Source of the DNA: Macrostomum lignano
Taxonomy: Eukaryota
NCBI GenBank assembly: GCA_002269645.1
Contig: NIVC01002221.1
Coordinates: forward strand, 127,471-191,470
Direction of reading: 5' to 3'
Length of the DNA stretch: 64,000 nucleotides
The stretch's first letter is position 1. Each line of letters opens with the position of its first letter. Of the stretch, positions 31,389 to 44,795 are shown one piece after another. The notes under the pieces are model-generated. The model was not told where the DNA came from and did not search any database. It saw nothing but the letters and a program-made list of their open reading frames with translations. Made by a program: the position numbers and the translations under genes.

Positions 31389-33885
31389 TTGTTAAGGCCA
31401 ATACCAAAGTAAATCCTAAGATCTTATAAATATGCTTATTTCCATATACTAAAATTGTATGCTAAGTATATATACCAGTTGTTCTAAATAAATATTTGAA
31501 ATTTTTAGTATATAAATATGAGATATGATCTTAAATATACTCTGTATTATTTTTCTTTTACCTTTTATTTCAACAAAGTTGAAGACAAAGTAATAAATAG
31601 GTCATAAATGCAATTTTTCAAATTAAATTACTTCTTTATAAATCCATGTGACATAAACATATTGTGGAGCAGTATTGCAGATTATCAATTAGACAGTTGA
31701 TGCAAAAAGTATTGACTTAGCCGAAGCCATTAGGAAGCTAGCTGGCAAGTCAAAATATTAACTTAATGGATCTCTTAAATCTCTCAATCTCTGTGGCCAG
31801 TAAGTTACAGTACTGTTACTGTTACCGTTACTGTTATTGACCAGGGCCTAGAAAAGATAGGGCTTATAAAAACACAGAAAAAATCGAAAAAATACGAGAT
31901 AAAAGTCACAAAGAAACACAATAAACGCGAATATCCATCTTTAAACTAAGACAGAACGCTAAACACTAACAGTAATCATGAAATTTCTTAGTCATCATGA
32001 AGACTAAGACTAGTAGAAGACATGTAGAAGAAAATTTTAAAAAACCTATGCTGTCTAAAAATCTGAGGTGGGGGTGGAGAAGAATTTAAAATTAGATAAT
32101 GGGGTTGTTCGGGTTTCTTCGAAACCGGTTAGCGTTGCGTTCGCACGAATTAAGCCGGAAAAATCGCGCAGGTGAATCTCAACGAATTTCTTCTCCTTTT
32201 ACTCCGACGGCCGGGGTCCTCAAATTCCGGGGGGAGGGTAGTTGTAATCGTAGCGGAGCGGTCGTAGAGCGGCACGGTCGTTCAGTTGTAGAAACACAGG
32301 AGATTCTGACTCCGTAAATTAATGCGTCGATGAGTTGAACTTGTTGCTTTTAGTAGGGTAGTTGCTGCCACCACCGTAATTCACGTATTACGGAACGTCT
32401 AATGGTCTCAGAGCTTTCTTTGAGATGAGACTTCGGTTATTTTACGCCCCACGGGCAAAGGATTCAAGATAGGCTATGGCTTAAATCAACGGATAAGGAG
32501 TAGTTAATATTTAATTCGTCGGACGTCGGCGTTATTTGTTTATTAATTATAATTCATTAAGATGTTTTGTTAGCAGGCGTTGGAAATTTATTTTTGTTGC
32601 GAACGAGAAAAAAATGGGGGGCGACGACGGATGCCGAGACAGCGCAATGAATAAAATTAACTAAACTAAACGAGGAGAGAGCGAAGGAAGTAAGAAACAT
32701 CGCGGCAGAAACCGAAACTTAAATAAGAAAATACATTAAATTCAATCCCAGGGCGGGGGTTGGGACGGATGACAGGACAACAGGGTGGGCGAGCCCGTGG
32801 GCAACCGGATGGACCAAAAAAATCGCAACACACAAGGTAGCAAAATTGGGAAAAATCAACAAAAGGAAAACACATTCCAACGGCAGGGCAAACCGAAGGG
32901 ACAACCATAGGAGAACTCAAAACAACACCGGGAAAAAAGGAGACACAACCGTGGGAAAAGTAAAAAGGAAAAAATTTCCGGGAATTGGGAGTCGAATTCA
33001 ATTAAAATTGTTATTATTGTTATTAGACGTATTAAAGTTTTAGTGGCAACCCACCTGCCACAAATCTAAAAGACCTAAAACAAAAAAAAGAAAAATCTTA
33101 TGGATTTCGGAGAAAATGAGCGTTTTTTCTTAGAAACGAGCTGTCCTATTTCAAACGTCGTCATTTAAAAAAAGAAGTCGGCTGAATTAACTGGGACCTG
33201 AATATTGAATAATCTGGCAACTTGAAAATAAATGGGCTATGATTTCTCCTACCCAGTCCTTTAAATGGACCCTCATTTTTATTTTAGCAGGTGACAAGTC
33301 TTAGAACAAAGCTCTGACAGAGTAAAGCAAGAATCGAAGAAGTACAATGTGGCACAATCAATGGCACACGACTGCCTGTCAAGAAGGCCCCAACTACTAG
33401 CGACATAACAACTATTTCTCGGCTCTTGGTAGAATTTTTTTGACTTGAGACTTTTCTCGGCAAAGCGCCAAGCCAGTTGGGACCAGCAGACGCGCAGCAG
33501 AGAGGGTTTACTGGATCGAGACTGACTCTCATCGCTTGACTTGTTCGAAGGCTGTTTCATCGCTATACTGACATTCTTGGGAGTAGAAGAGTGCGGGAGT
33601 GCAATTTCATGTACGATTATTTAAGGCAAATAGACTAGTATTTGTAAAAAGGAATCACGTCAAATGAAAGTAAGTTATAATAATATAAAGAATTGCGTCA
33701 AAAACTGAACTCTGCTTTTAATCTCTTGATCTCTTGATAGAATTCTTCTTAAGGCATTCGCTGGCTTTAATCCAGCCTAATTACGAGTAATAATCGTAAA
33801 AATGCTCGTGCTATTATACTGTTAAGTCTCCAAAAGGAATTTAGCGCTAAACCATGATAACTATATTAGTTAATGCATGCGTACA

Positions 33886-34573
33886 CACGGAGCGCTACAA
33901 GGAGTGCTACACGGAGTGCTACACGGAGTGCTACACGGAGTGCTACACGGAGTGCTACACGGAGTGCTACACGGAGTGCTACACGGAGTGCTACACGGAG
34001 TGCTACACGGAGTGCTACACGGAGTGCTACACGGAGTGCTACACGGAGTGCTACACGGAGTGCTACACGGAGTGCTACACGGAGTGCTACACGGAGTGCT
34101 ACACGGAGTGCTACACGGAGTGCTACACGGAGTGCTACACGGAGTGCTACACGGAGTGCTACACGGAGTGCTACACGGAGTGCTACACGGAGTGCTACAC
34201 GGAGTGCTACACGGAGTGCTACACGGAGTGCTACACGGAGTGCTACACGGAGTGCTACACGGAGTGCTACACGGAGTGCTACACGGAGTGCTACACGGAG
34301 TGCTACACGGAGTGCTACACGGAGTGCTACACGGAGTGCTACACGGAGTGCTACACGGAGTGCTACACGGAGTGCTACACGGAGTGCTACACGGAGTGCT
34401 ACACGGAGTGCTACACGGAGTGCTACACGGAGTGCTACACGGAGTGCTACACGGAGTGCTACACGGAGTGCTACACGGAGTGCTACACGGAGTGCTACAC
34501 GGAGTGCTACACGGAGTGCTACACGGAGTGCTACACGGAGTGCTACACGGAGTGCTACACGGAGTGCTACACG
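33886..34573. repeat. Near-perfect 12-bp tandem array (GGAGTGCTACAC)n
   Basis: About 57 copies, identical except for the first units. Confidence 0.98.
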
Positions 34574-35593
34574 GCATGACAGATTAGGCATTAGTTATCC
34601 TCCTATACTAATTGGATACCTTGTATGTATTCTTCTTAATGTTACTTTTGTCCAAAATATATCGTGTGAAAGAGTATCATGTTATCGTGGCTTGTTTGAG
34701 GCAAAATGCACAACATAAGCAAAGACACGCGAATTTCTCTTGGTTAAACGGGTTTTGGACAGGATACACACACTGTTGTTGTGGAAAGATATGTCGCTGG
34801 TCAGGTGATGCACTATAAAGGGAAACTCGTGAATTTCGTCTACTAAAGGAAGACACGACCTCCAATTAAATGGGAAGTTTCGGGCAAGCACATGGGAACA
34901 GAGAGCTTTTAATTAACCCCTTCGTTTCACCTCGGCGAGTAAGGGAAAGGAAAGCTGTGACCAGTGCTCTTACTTCTTACTGTGAAAAAGGAACGAAGCG
35001 AAAAAGAGGTAAGCCCATATGCAGTGCGTTGCGAGTGCGAGTATGAGGTGAGACTGAGACGACATCGAGAAAAATCTCTTCTCGATTCTAACGGGGGCGC
35101 AGAAGGATTACTAAGCGGTAAGTCCCATTAGCTAGTGCGATTATTACTCGAACGTTCATGACATGAAATCGGCTGATTGGTCGGGTTCAGACAGGCTCGA
35201 GCAGGAGACTGGAACTCAGGGAAGTTAAAGCAGAATAAGCTATGAGCAGGCAGTGGGGGAAGAAACTGTAAAAAGGGAGATTAGGCGATCTGGAACGTGA
35301 CTGGTCGTTGATGGTGAACAGAAAGAGGGGACGAGAGACAGGAGCCGAGCACATGAACGCCCATAGTAATTCGACACTGAGCAGCGCGTCTTCATTAAGG
35401 CGTTGCCCGCTCGCAGTCTTTTTCTTTCTCTCTGCTTTCATCGGGCCGGTCGAGAAAATCGGCTTGTTTTTTAGCTGAGGTGAAAGAATCTTACAAGAAA
35501 CGGGAGCTGTTCGAGAGTCGATAAGTGAACTGAATTTATTGTACAAATCCTAGAGGGAATTTTCACCGTAAGCGATTGTAACTGTAAGCAGAC

Positions 35594-38500
35594 ATGGGCA
35601 ACGGAGCTAGCAGCACTCGCTACATCTACTTGGATGTAAATGGTCACTCAGAGACGGTTAGTCCTGGTTCCTGTTTATTTAAAAGTATCGATTCTCTTTT
35701 TACATATTGAGTCACACATTGAGTCACATGTTCCGTCCCGCCCGGATTCTGCAGATCCTGTTCAGCCCACACAGCTCCTCGCAGGACATCCACGACCTAA
35801 TCTGCCAGGTTGCGCAGGTCCGCAGGGCCTCGAAGATATCGTTGAAATCGCGCAACGGCTGCCACGTGCCAATCGTGCCATCCATGCCGCAGAATTCCGT
35901 CGAGTGAGTTGACCGACAGACTGGCAGTGCTGTTGAAATCTCTGTTGAAGTGATTAGATTCGGTGTCAAAGGTTTACGTGGTACCATCGAACAATAATGT
36001 CACTTGCCTATTATGAAAGAAACACATGTACTGCCCCCCCCCCTCGCAGCTCCCCTTACACCGTCAGCGTCACGAAACCAGCGGATACCGAGTCCGAGGT
36101 GCAGGCGCTCACCGCAGTTCTCAGCAAAGTGGGTGAACAGTTCAACCGAGCCTTCAAAATGGAAAACTTCAGGACGGAGCTGGATAAAAGACTGAATATG
36201 ATCGAGAAGCGACTAGAGGGTAGGAGAATTGCGCTGTTTAAAAGCTAAATAAAAGCACAGAATATCGCACTATATTGTTGCTACGCGTCTATACTTCCCT
36301 GACATGCGTATCATGTTTTTAAATACCTCCCCCACAGCCGAGTCGCTAAAGCTGGTTGAGATTGAAAAGTGCAAGAAGGACATCAGCGAAGTTCGTGACC
36401 AGGTGTGGCAGCATGGCCGGAAGATCAATCAATCGCCGAGCAAGAATCTGTGAGTTGCAATTTTTTCCTCTGAAAACCAATCTGTCTCAATTTCAAACCG
36501 AATGCACGCCAGCATTTTCAAAAAATAAGATTTGGATCAAAAGTTTAACGTTGTAAAACTCAGACATTTGATTTCTATTTTAATTTTAGCAGCCAGATTC
36601 AGCAGTTGCTCTGCTCTGTCAATGGTGAACTGATTAAAGTTACCGATGCTAGGCGAAATGCGCCTCTCTACGCAAAGGTGCTATTTCTGTACTGAAAAAA
36701 AGAAACAATAATAAGAATTCGATAAGTCCAATTGCTAGTAGCATAGTTTTAAATAGCTTATTAATAGTTATTACCGTTATGAATGTATTGTGCTGCATTA
36801 GTACTAGATATCACTGCTGACCAGATGATACAGCTTTCATGCTCGCTTTGCCCCACGCGACATGCAGAATGCCAGCGCCAGCGCAGGAGGCTGAGAATGT
36901 TCTCGTGACAGATGAGAGCGGCATCAAATTTGTTAGTCTAAAGCGCGTTCCCGCCTTTCAGAAGGTATGCCTTAATTTAGCGATGAAGTAACCACTTCAG
37001 TGAAATAACCGAACTCCATATATGTACCGCGAAGTGTTCACGAAATGAAGTCATAGTTGAATTTTTGTATTGTTGTGTATTTCACTTGCTTTGTTCCTAT
37101 GGTTGTACTTGCAGGTTACACTTTGATGTCAGCTTTTGTCCGCTTCTTAGAAAGTCCATATAAAGATATTTGTCTTACAACACCGCTGTTTATAAGCAAC
37201 TTGGAAAATATAGCGCACCAAATTCATACGGATCATTTCAATGTCGTTTTGCAGTACATTCTAACGCAAGAAACAGTCGAATATCTGAAGAAACCAACAT
37301 TTGACATCTGGCACTGGGAGCCAAATGAGGTCAGAATTCTTTAATTAATGCATTAAAGTACGCTCGTATAAATACATCTGAAATGACCTTCGCATTTATA
37401 TTAATTATTTCAGATGCTGAGCTTGATGGAGCATATGTACCATGAGCTGGGGCTGATGCAAGAGTTCAACATCAACCCAGTCACGCTGAAGAGATGGCTT
37501 GTGAGTTATGATCTGATCATTTCTTGGCTTTAAGTTGCAGAAGTACACTGGTGCATCGGTTTGACCAACCCATTTGTCCGCAGCTGTGCATTCAAGTCAA
37601 CTATCGAAACAACCCGTTTCACAACTTTCGGCACTGCTTCTGCGTCTGCCAGATGATGTACGGCATGATCCACCTTACCGGCCTCAACAACCAACTGCCC
37701 AAGGAGGACCTCGGTATTTTGATCACAGCCGCAATCTGCCACGATCTAGACCATCCGGGATACAACAATACCTACCAGATTAATGCCCGCACCGAACTGG
37801 CTATCAGGTACAACGACATTAGTCCCCTGGAGAACCACCACTGCGCCGTGGCCTTCCAGATACTCAACAACCCTGAGACGAACATCTTTGCCAATGTGGA
37901 CAAGGACACGTTTCAGCGCATTCGAAAGGTGAAATTTATTCAGCGAATTAATGCATGAAGACTCAATTCCTAACAGAACGTACTGGTCTATCATAGCTAA
38001 ATATTGAATGTCAAGAATTCAAGCTTCATGCCCATTTCAGCAACTGGATAAGCAAGAAAAAGCGAAATGACAGCATGATAATTAATTCTGCCATCGAACA
38101 TACGAGCTATTGATATAATTTCGAAATTATAGGCCTTTCTCGCTCCCTACTCTTGCAGGGCATGACAATGCTAATTTTGGCCACCGACATGGCCAGACAC
38201 GGCGAGATCTTAGAGAACTTCAAAAAAAGAATCGAAGAAGGATTCGACTTCGCCAAGAAGGAACACACAGACACTGTGAGTTGCCTATGACGTTTCTCAG
38301 ACTTAGCTGATGTCAGCAGCCACGTGACAAGAGGCTAGAAATATATCCTATCAGTGCTTGACAAATAATCAATAGTCATGTGACTTAGCAGCCTTTACGG
38401 AACTACTCGTAGTAAGAATGTGCATATTTTCTTGTAAATCTACTACGTAACTATTTTAATTGCGGATTCTAATTTTCGATCGATCTTACATCTAGCTTAA

Positions 38501-39156
38501 GATGGTCCTCATCAAATGCTGCGACATCTCGAACGAAGTTCGCCCTCTGGAGGTCAGCGAGCCATGGGTCGACTGTCTGCTTGAGGAATACTTTAATCAG
38601 GTAAAAATTAAATGATTACAGCTGTATTCATGTTCATAAACCTACAACGCCCCGCAATGTTACCGTTTCAGTCGGACCGGGAAAAGATCGAGGGCTTACC
38701 GGTGGCGCCGTTCATGGACAGGGAGAAAGTGACCAAGCCGACCGCTCAGATTGGCTTCATTCGCTTCGTCCTGATCCCCATGTTCGAGGCCGTAGCCAAG
38801 GTGAGAGTTTTGACAATGGCAGTTGCTAGGATGACTAAATTAACCGATAGGAGGATTGGGTCAATCCAAAATACTGCTAGTACAGATCAAAATGAGTCGT
38901 CTCGGTCTGAACTTAATTCCCACGCCTCGTAGATCTTCCCGCCAATCACGGAGTCGCTAGTCCGCCAGCTGAAGAGTTCGCTGCAGAAGTACGAAGCATT
39001 AAAGGAAGAAGAAGAGAAGCGAAGAAAAGCTGTTCAGGTTAGCAGAATTTGGCAACTGCTTGCATTACTATTGTTTAGTAGTAACGAAGGTGATTTTTTA
39101 AATTTTGGCTTTCATTCGCTTTTTAGGATCAGCAGCAGCAAGGAAAAGCGACTTGA
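35594..39156 (+). CDS. PDE9A: cGMP-specific phosphodiesterase 9; exons 35594-35656, 35755-35903, 36050-36219, 36338-36449, 36868-36964, 37255-37329, 37414-37500, 37584-37928, 38159-38275, 38496-38600, 38672-38800, 38933-39037, 39127-39156
   Basis: N-terminus [17 protein letters not shown] and [10 protein letters not shown]; catalytic domain [78 protein letters not shown]. All phases are consistent. Confidence 0.95.
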
Positions 39157-40882
39157 TCTGTCCGTGACCCGTGACGGGATCATTGTTTCAAATCAACAAA
39201 CTTATTAATTTTGCAGAAGTTCATTTGTGTTACACTTGAGCACCGTTAAGCACATATTGGTGTTATATTGCAATTTTGTTCCCATAGCACGAGAGACCAA
39301 ACTAATATTTTTACCCGTTTTGTTGTAGAAGAGTACAGTGTACACTTGTACTCTATTAATACTCGTAATTGCCCGATTTTCGCTAAACGTACATTCGGTT
39401 TTGCAACAGCGAGTAGCATGCATCTCTGCTGACAAAGCAGGAGTCACTATACTTGAGTCTTAGGCGCCCTTAATCTCTTTTTTTCTATATAATGTCTTGC
39501 TCTATCAATTTTCTAGTTTACTCTTACTCCTTTGGCACCGTTGCGTGTTGAGATAAAAAGCTAGTCCCCGCCAACCCCGCACGACAATACTGAATTCGTC
39601 ACAGGCTTTAATGTTTTATACTCGATCTCAACGATCAGTTCAATCGATACTCGTAGATATCAAAATTTTATAACTTTGTTTGTTAATTATCTTATCTTCT
39701 ACTAATGACGAATCTGGACAGAAACTGTGAAAATATTGTTACCTATTTACGCTCGCATTATTCAGAAATCGACTTCGAATTCGACAATGATACAATTTCG
39801 CGGTGATCCAGCAAAACCATGTAACCCTGATTCTTGGTTTTTGTGAATCAAGAGAGGAACGAAAGACCTGTTTCGTTTGCTGGAAGCTGTTTTCCTCGAT
39901 TGTAACCATTCATCAGTTCTTTCGCTTCGGTAAAGTCTCTCCACATGGCAAACTGTCGTGGCCTGGCTCTGCCTCTGACGTATCACTTTTCACTCTGAAT
40001 AATAATACCACCAAACTCTCTCACGCATGCCACGTCAGGCCAAGCTCTGCGGCCTGGTGAAAACTTTGTTCAAGCCCCGCAGCTATTTGAATCATTTGGT
40101 GCAAAGCGAAGGCCAAGTGAAATTAAATACCCACGCCTGTTCTGCTTAATGCGCCGCGGATTTAGCTACAGAATCTCTATGTACGTCAAAAGCAGGTCGA
40201 AATGCCCCCCTAGTGCTGCTTTTGCTGCAAAAGCAACTAGGGCGCATGCTTTGGGGTTCCATTGCTTGGGAATGTTGGTGCCTGGTGAAACTAAATCTCT
40301 GCTGTTCAGAATTCACACCCCCCTCTCTCTGACGCGCACACGAGAACGCCTTGCGCAAGGTGGGTCTCCACTCTGTCATTTTGGTTAGGAAAGCAAAGAC
40401 GAGAGCCGAGTTTCGCTTTCTATGCATAATAGAACAAGCTGCATATTTCGATACACATGCTGCATAAACACTGCACGCTTCTCAGGTTCCATTCCTATAC
40501 TGGTGGTCTCATGCCAATGTACAATAATTATGCAGAAACCGACGCTCGAATATATATATACAAATAATGAAACGTATATTTCCCATGGGGTGAGTCAGTA
40601 TTAACACAACAACAACGAAGAAGTCGATCCTGATCCAGAAAATTTTCTGTGGGGGTCAAGCTAAACAAATCAATTCACCTTAATATCGAATGGCACGGGC
40701 AAAATCTTACAGCCGGTCCGCCGCTGCTTACTCGACCTTGGCGCAGACAAAGACACCAGCAGTGTCAGGGGCAGCCGGTCGACGAAACCTCGAGTTTTTT
40801 CCTGCCATCATCTCTGCTCCCTCTAGCTCTGTCCCTCCTCCCTGTCGCTGTCTCTCTATCTCTTTTTCTCGTCTCATTACTC

Positions 40883-41768
40883 CAGGGGTCGGCAAACTCG
40901 GGACTGTGGGCCACATGCGGCCCGCGAAGCCTCTCTAACCGGCCTTTGGGTCTTTTGAAACTCCACAATAGCAATCTGGCCCGCTCAAGGTTGGTGTCTC
41001 TTCTCAGCTCTCCTCTCTCCCCTCCTCTCCCCTCTCCTCTCTCCTCCTCTCCCCTCTCCTCTCTCCCCTCCTCACCCCTCTCCTCTCTCCCCTCCTCTCC
41101 CCTCTCCTCTCTCCCTCCTCTCCCCTCCTCTCCCCTCTCCCCTCTCCTCTCTCCCCTCCTCTCTCCCCTCCTCTCCCCTCTCCTCTCTCCCCTCCTCTCC
41201 CCTCTCCTCTCTCCCCTCCTCTCCCCTCTCCTCTCTCCTCCTCTCCCCTCTCCTCTCTCCCCTCCTCACCCCTCTCCTCTCTCCCCTCCTCTCCCCTCTC
41301 CTCTCTCCCCTCCTCTCCCCTCCTCTCCCCTCTCCCCTCTCCTCTCCCCTCTCCTCTCTCCCCTCCTCTCCCCTCTCCTCTCTCCCCTCCTCTCCCCTCT
41401 CCTCTCTCCCCTCCTCTCCCCTCTCCTCTCTCCCCTCCTCTCCCCTCCTCTCCCCTCTCCCCTCTCCTCTCTCCCCTCCTCTCTCCCCTCCTCTCCCCTC
41501 TCCTCTCTCCCCTCCTCTCCCCTCTCCTCTCTCCCCTCCTCTCCCCTCTCCTCTCTCCCCTCCTCTCCTCTCTCCCCTACTCTCCTCTCTCCCCTACTCT
41601 CCCCTCCTCCTCGGTCTCTTCTCTCCTCTTATCTCCAATCTCTCCGATTCTCTCCCTTCTTTTCTCTCCCTATTCCCACTTGTCTCTTCACCTGCCACTG
41701 GCCCACAGTCATGTGCTAGATTCGACGAGTATATCGAGCCCTTAAGTTAAAAAGTTTGCTGATCCCTG
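40883..41768. mobile_element. Non-autonomous hAT (Charlie-like) element with an internal polypyrimidine tract
   Basis: TIRs CAGGGGTCGGCAAACT / AGTTTGCTGATCCCTG (2 mismatches); exact 8-bp TSD CATTACTC (40875-40882 / 41769-41776); (CCTCT)-type tract at ~41000-41660. Confidence 0.88.
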
Positions 41769-43232
41769 CATTACTCGAATATCTTTCTGGCCTTTCCCTC
41801 TTAGCCCTCAGCCTGATTTCATTCTGATTTTATTGTACCCTCTCTCTCTCGATCCCGGATCCCCGCCTCTCTCCAGTCTCTCTCTCTATCTCTCTACAGC
41901 GCATCATACTTGTATACATTTTGTCCATTCCTTCATTAATGTCTTGATGCATCGAATAAAAGCATGTTTAAGCAACGTAGACCCAGTGGTAGGAGCAAAT
42001 TATAGTGCACTCATTATTCATGTACAGTTACCGCAGGCGTGTACGAACGTATACGGAATATTCAGCCTAAATTGCCAGCAAATTACAATGATGTTTAAGG
42101 TGCAGACGCCTAGTCGGAAGCGCTATATACTTAAACACTGATGCGCGGTTAGAGATTCGGATAGAGTTGAACCTATACAGTAGTTGGTAGGTTACCGTCT
42201 TACCGATCAGTTCAGACTGCACGGTCACCACTAGAGCTGGGGGGGGGGGCGGCAGGTACGGACTGTTTATAGTTTATACAGAAGCGCGAATATCAGCTTC
42301 AGTGAGGCGGTTAAATTTCTGCGGCTAGCTGTAAAGCTTTAGAAGCAGAACAAATTGTTTATTTATTTTTAAAAGAAAACCAAGCAGCGATCGCATGTGT
42401 GCAATAAATATCAATTCATGCAGAATGCGTGTGACAAGCAAAAGGCCCAAAGCCAGGGTAAGTGCACGGTACAAGCTATCTAACTAGCTACTGCTCTGTT
42501 ACCTGGCACCTCAATGACTAGCCTAGATTTACAGACCCAAACCAACAGAATTCTAATCCGATGAAACTAAACAGGAAGAAAATTGTTTGAATAATCTTGA
42601 AATTTTATACTTATCATGCTGCGCAAGCAACGCTTAGAAACAGGCCCTCTTGTAGCTGCTATGATAAATGATGATGAAATACAGGGCACATACATGAGTC
42701 ACTCGTAGAATGATTCACTATTCAACCAGAAGACTACTTCATGTGATGAAAGTTTGTTTGTTGAGCTGTCATCAGTTTAAGCTTCTGTTCTGTTGTTCTG
42801 CATGTCGCACAGCGTTATTGCGCAGATTGGATTGTGAAAAGAAACAATTGATGAAGCTTTTATGGCGCTTGTGTGAGAAATTTGGTGACGCACGCGACAG
42901 ATGAAGCAAGAATGAGAAGGCTGGGTGGGTCCCAGGGCCTGCGTCTGCAAACTGGGTTGGTGAATTCATGCCTGATTGCAGCTGCAATTTGATGAAGCTG
43001 ATACTCGAGTTCGAGCTCGAGACTTCTATAATTGCTTAATAAATCAAAATTCAAAGGACTGGCATCATCGAAAGATGTAGTCGCTAGTTGCATTTGATTT
43101 GAACTTTGGACAGAAAGTTTTAGAGTTAGACAAGACATCGAATCTCTCCGAGTTGCCTTTGTTACGCTTTTGTATTTCATGTCCTCAAGGTCCCTCGTCT
43201 ATTGGTTTTTCGTTTACTAACTACCACCAGAC

Positions 43233-43949
43233 GGGTGGGTTTCATAAACGCGAAACTTCACAACCGCTAAACTTCACAACCGCTAAACTTCACAACCGCT
43301 AAATCACATACTTTCACAATCGCTAAATTTCATAAACGCGAAACTTTACAACCGCTAAGCTTCACAACCGCTAAACTTCACAACCGCTAAATCACATACT
43401 TTCACAATCGCTAAATTTCATAAACGCGAAACTTCACAACCGCTAAACTTCACAACCGCTAAACTTCACAACCGCTAAATCACATACTTTCACAATCGCT
43501 AAATTTCATAAACGCGAAACTTTACAACCGCTAAGCTTCACAACCGCTAAACTTCACAACCGCTAAATCACATACTTTCACAATCGCTAAATTTCATAAA
43601 CGCGAAACTTCACAACCGCTAAACTTCACAACCGCTAAACTTCACAACCGCTAAACTTCATACTTTCACAATCGCTAAATTTCATAAACGCGAAACTTCA
43701 CAACCGCTAAACTTCACAACCGCTAAACTTCACAACCGCTAAACTTCATACTTTCACAATCGCTAAATTTCATAAACGCGAAACTTCACAACCGCTAATT
43801 TTTTGCAGTCACTTTCACAAACGCGAAACTTCATAACCGCGAAACTTCACAACGGCTAAAATTTTTGCACTTACTTTCATATACGACAGTCTTTTTAGCG
43901 GTTGTGAAGTTTCGCGGTTGTGAAGTTTCGCGGTTGTTAAAGCAACCCC
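43233..43949. mobile_element. TIR element built from 16-bp subunits (AAACTTCACAACCGCT) with higher-order repeats
   Basis: Forward subunits at 43245-43860; inverted subunits AGCGGTTGTGAAGTTTCGCGGTT at 43898-43935; flanks CACCAGAC / CACCAGAG (7 of 8 identical). Confidence 0.6.
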
Positions 43950-43967
43950 CACCAGAGTGATCCGTAC

Positions 43968-44795
43968 TAGGGAATACAAAATCCCGAGTTTTGCCAATCC
44001 CAGGATTCACGGGATCGGGATATCCCGGACTTTGCCAATCCCGGGATCCCGAAAAATTGGGCCTGGTTGGGATTGAAAAAAATGTCTACTTTTTTTGGTG
44101 CAATTTTGGTTTACGAAGCCATCTAATCTGATTTTAAAGGACTTTCAATGATAAAAGTATAGAACAGAATATAATATTTTGCAAACAAGAAACTGACAGT
44201 GAGCTTTGAATTGGAGTGTGATGTACAGGCTGGCGTAATAGACGTGCTTTTTTACATACCAGTATCAGCTCAGGAAAATCACACTTGATTGTGATGTAAC
44301 CTGGAGAATGATACATGTATGGCCCGAGGTACTGATACCTGGGTAGAAGGGGATCAGACCTTATCTTTCCAGGGGCACCCGCCCTAGATAGAGAATTGGT
44401 AGCTTGGGTTCTAATCCCAACTACGGCCAAGGAGTAGGGACTGCTTAAAGTATTTCTACATTATTACAACTTAAATATCCTTACGACCTGCTAACAGCTT
44501 CTGTTTTGTACCCCTGCCCTGCAGCCCTATATATAGCCTTCTACTCACTAGCCCGCAGGCTCAAAAGATTATTAAATCAAAATATACGACAACTGGATTT
44601 TCACCTTAAAAGTAACTCAGCTGCAGATACTACTAATCGAGAATGAATGATTAAATTATTGCAAAGCGGGATCGGGATCCCGATGGTCGATCCCGGGATC
44701 ATCGAATCCCGGACAATTGTGATCCCGGGATTTAGGCCGAATAAAAATCCCGGGATTTGGGCCAAATCCTGGGATTTCGGGATACCGGGATTGTA
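43968..44795. mobile_element. Degenerate TIR element with ATCCCG/CGGGAT-rich ends
   Basis: TAGGGAATACAAAATCCCG at the left versus CGGGATTGTATTCC at the right, with clusters of ATCCCGGGAT at both ends. Confidence 0.5.

Noticed and set aside
32060-33560. GC-richer island with short ORFs and a small hairpin (CCGTAAT..ATTACGG)
   Set aside because: No recognisable domain, splice pattern or element ends; it remains unexplained.
33854-34718. Six long ORFs
   Set aside because: They arise from a stop-free 12-bp tandem repeat.
42710-43180. Short ORFs on both strands
   Set aside because: No homology I can recognise and no coherent exon structure.
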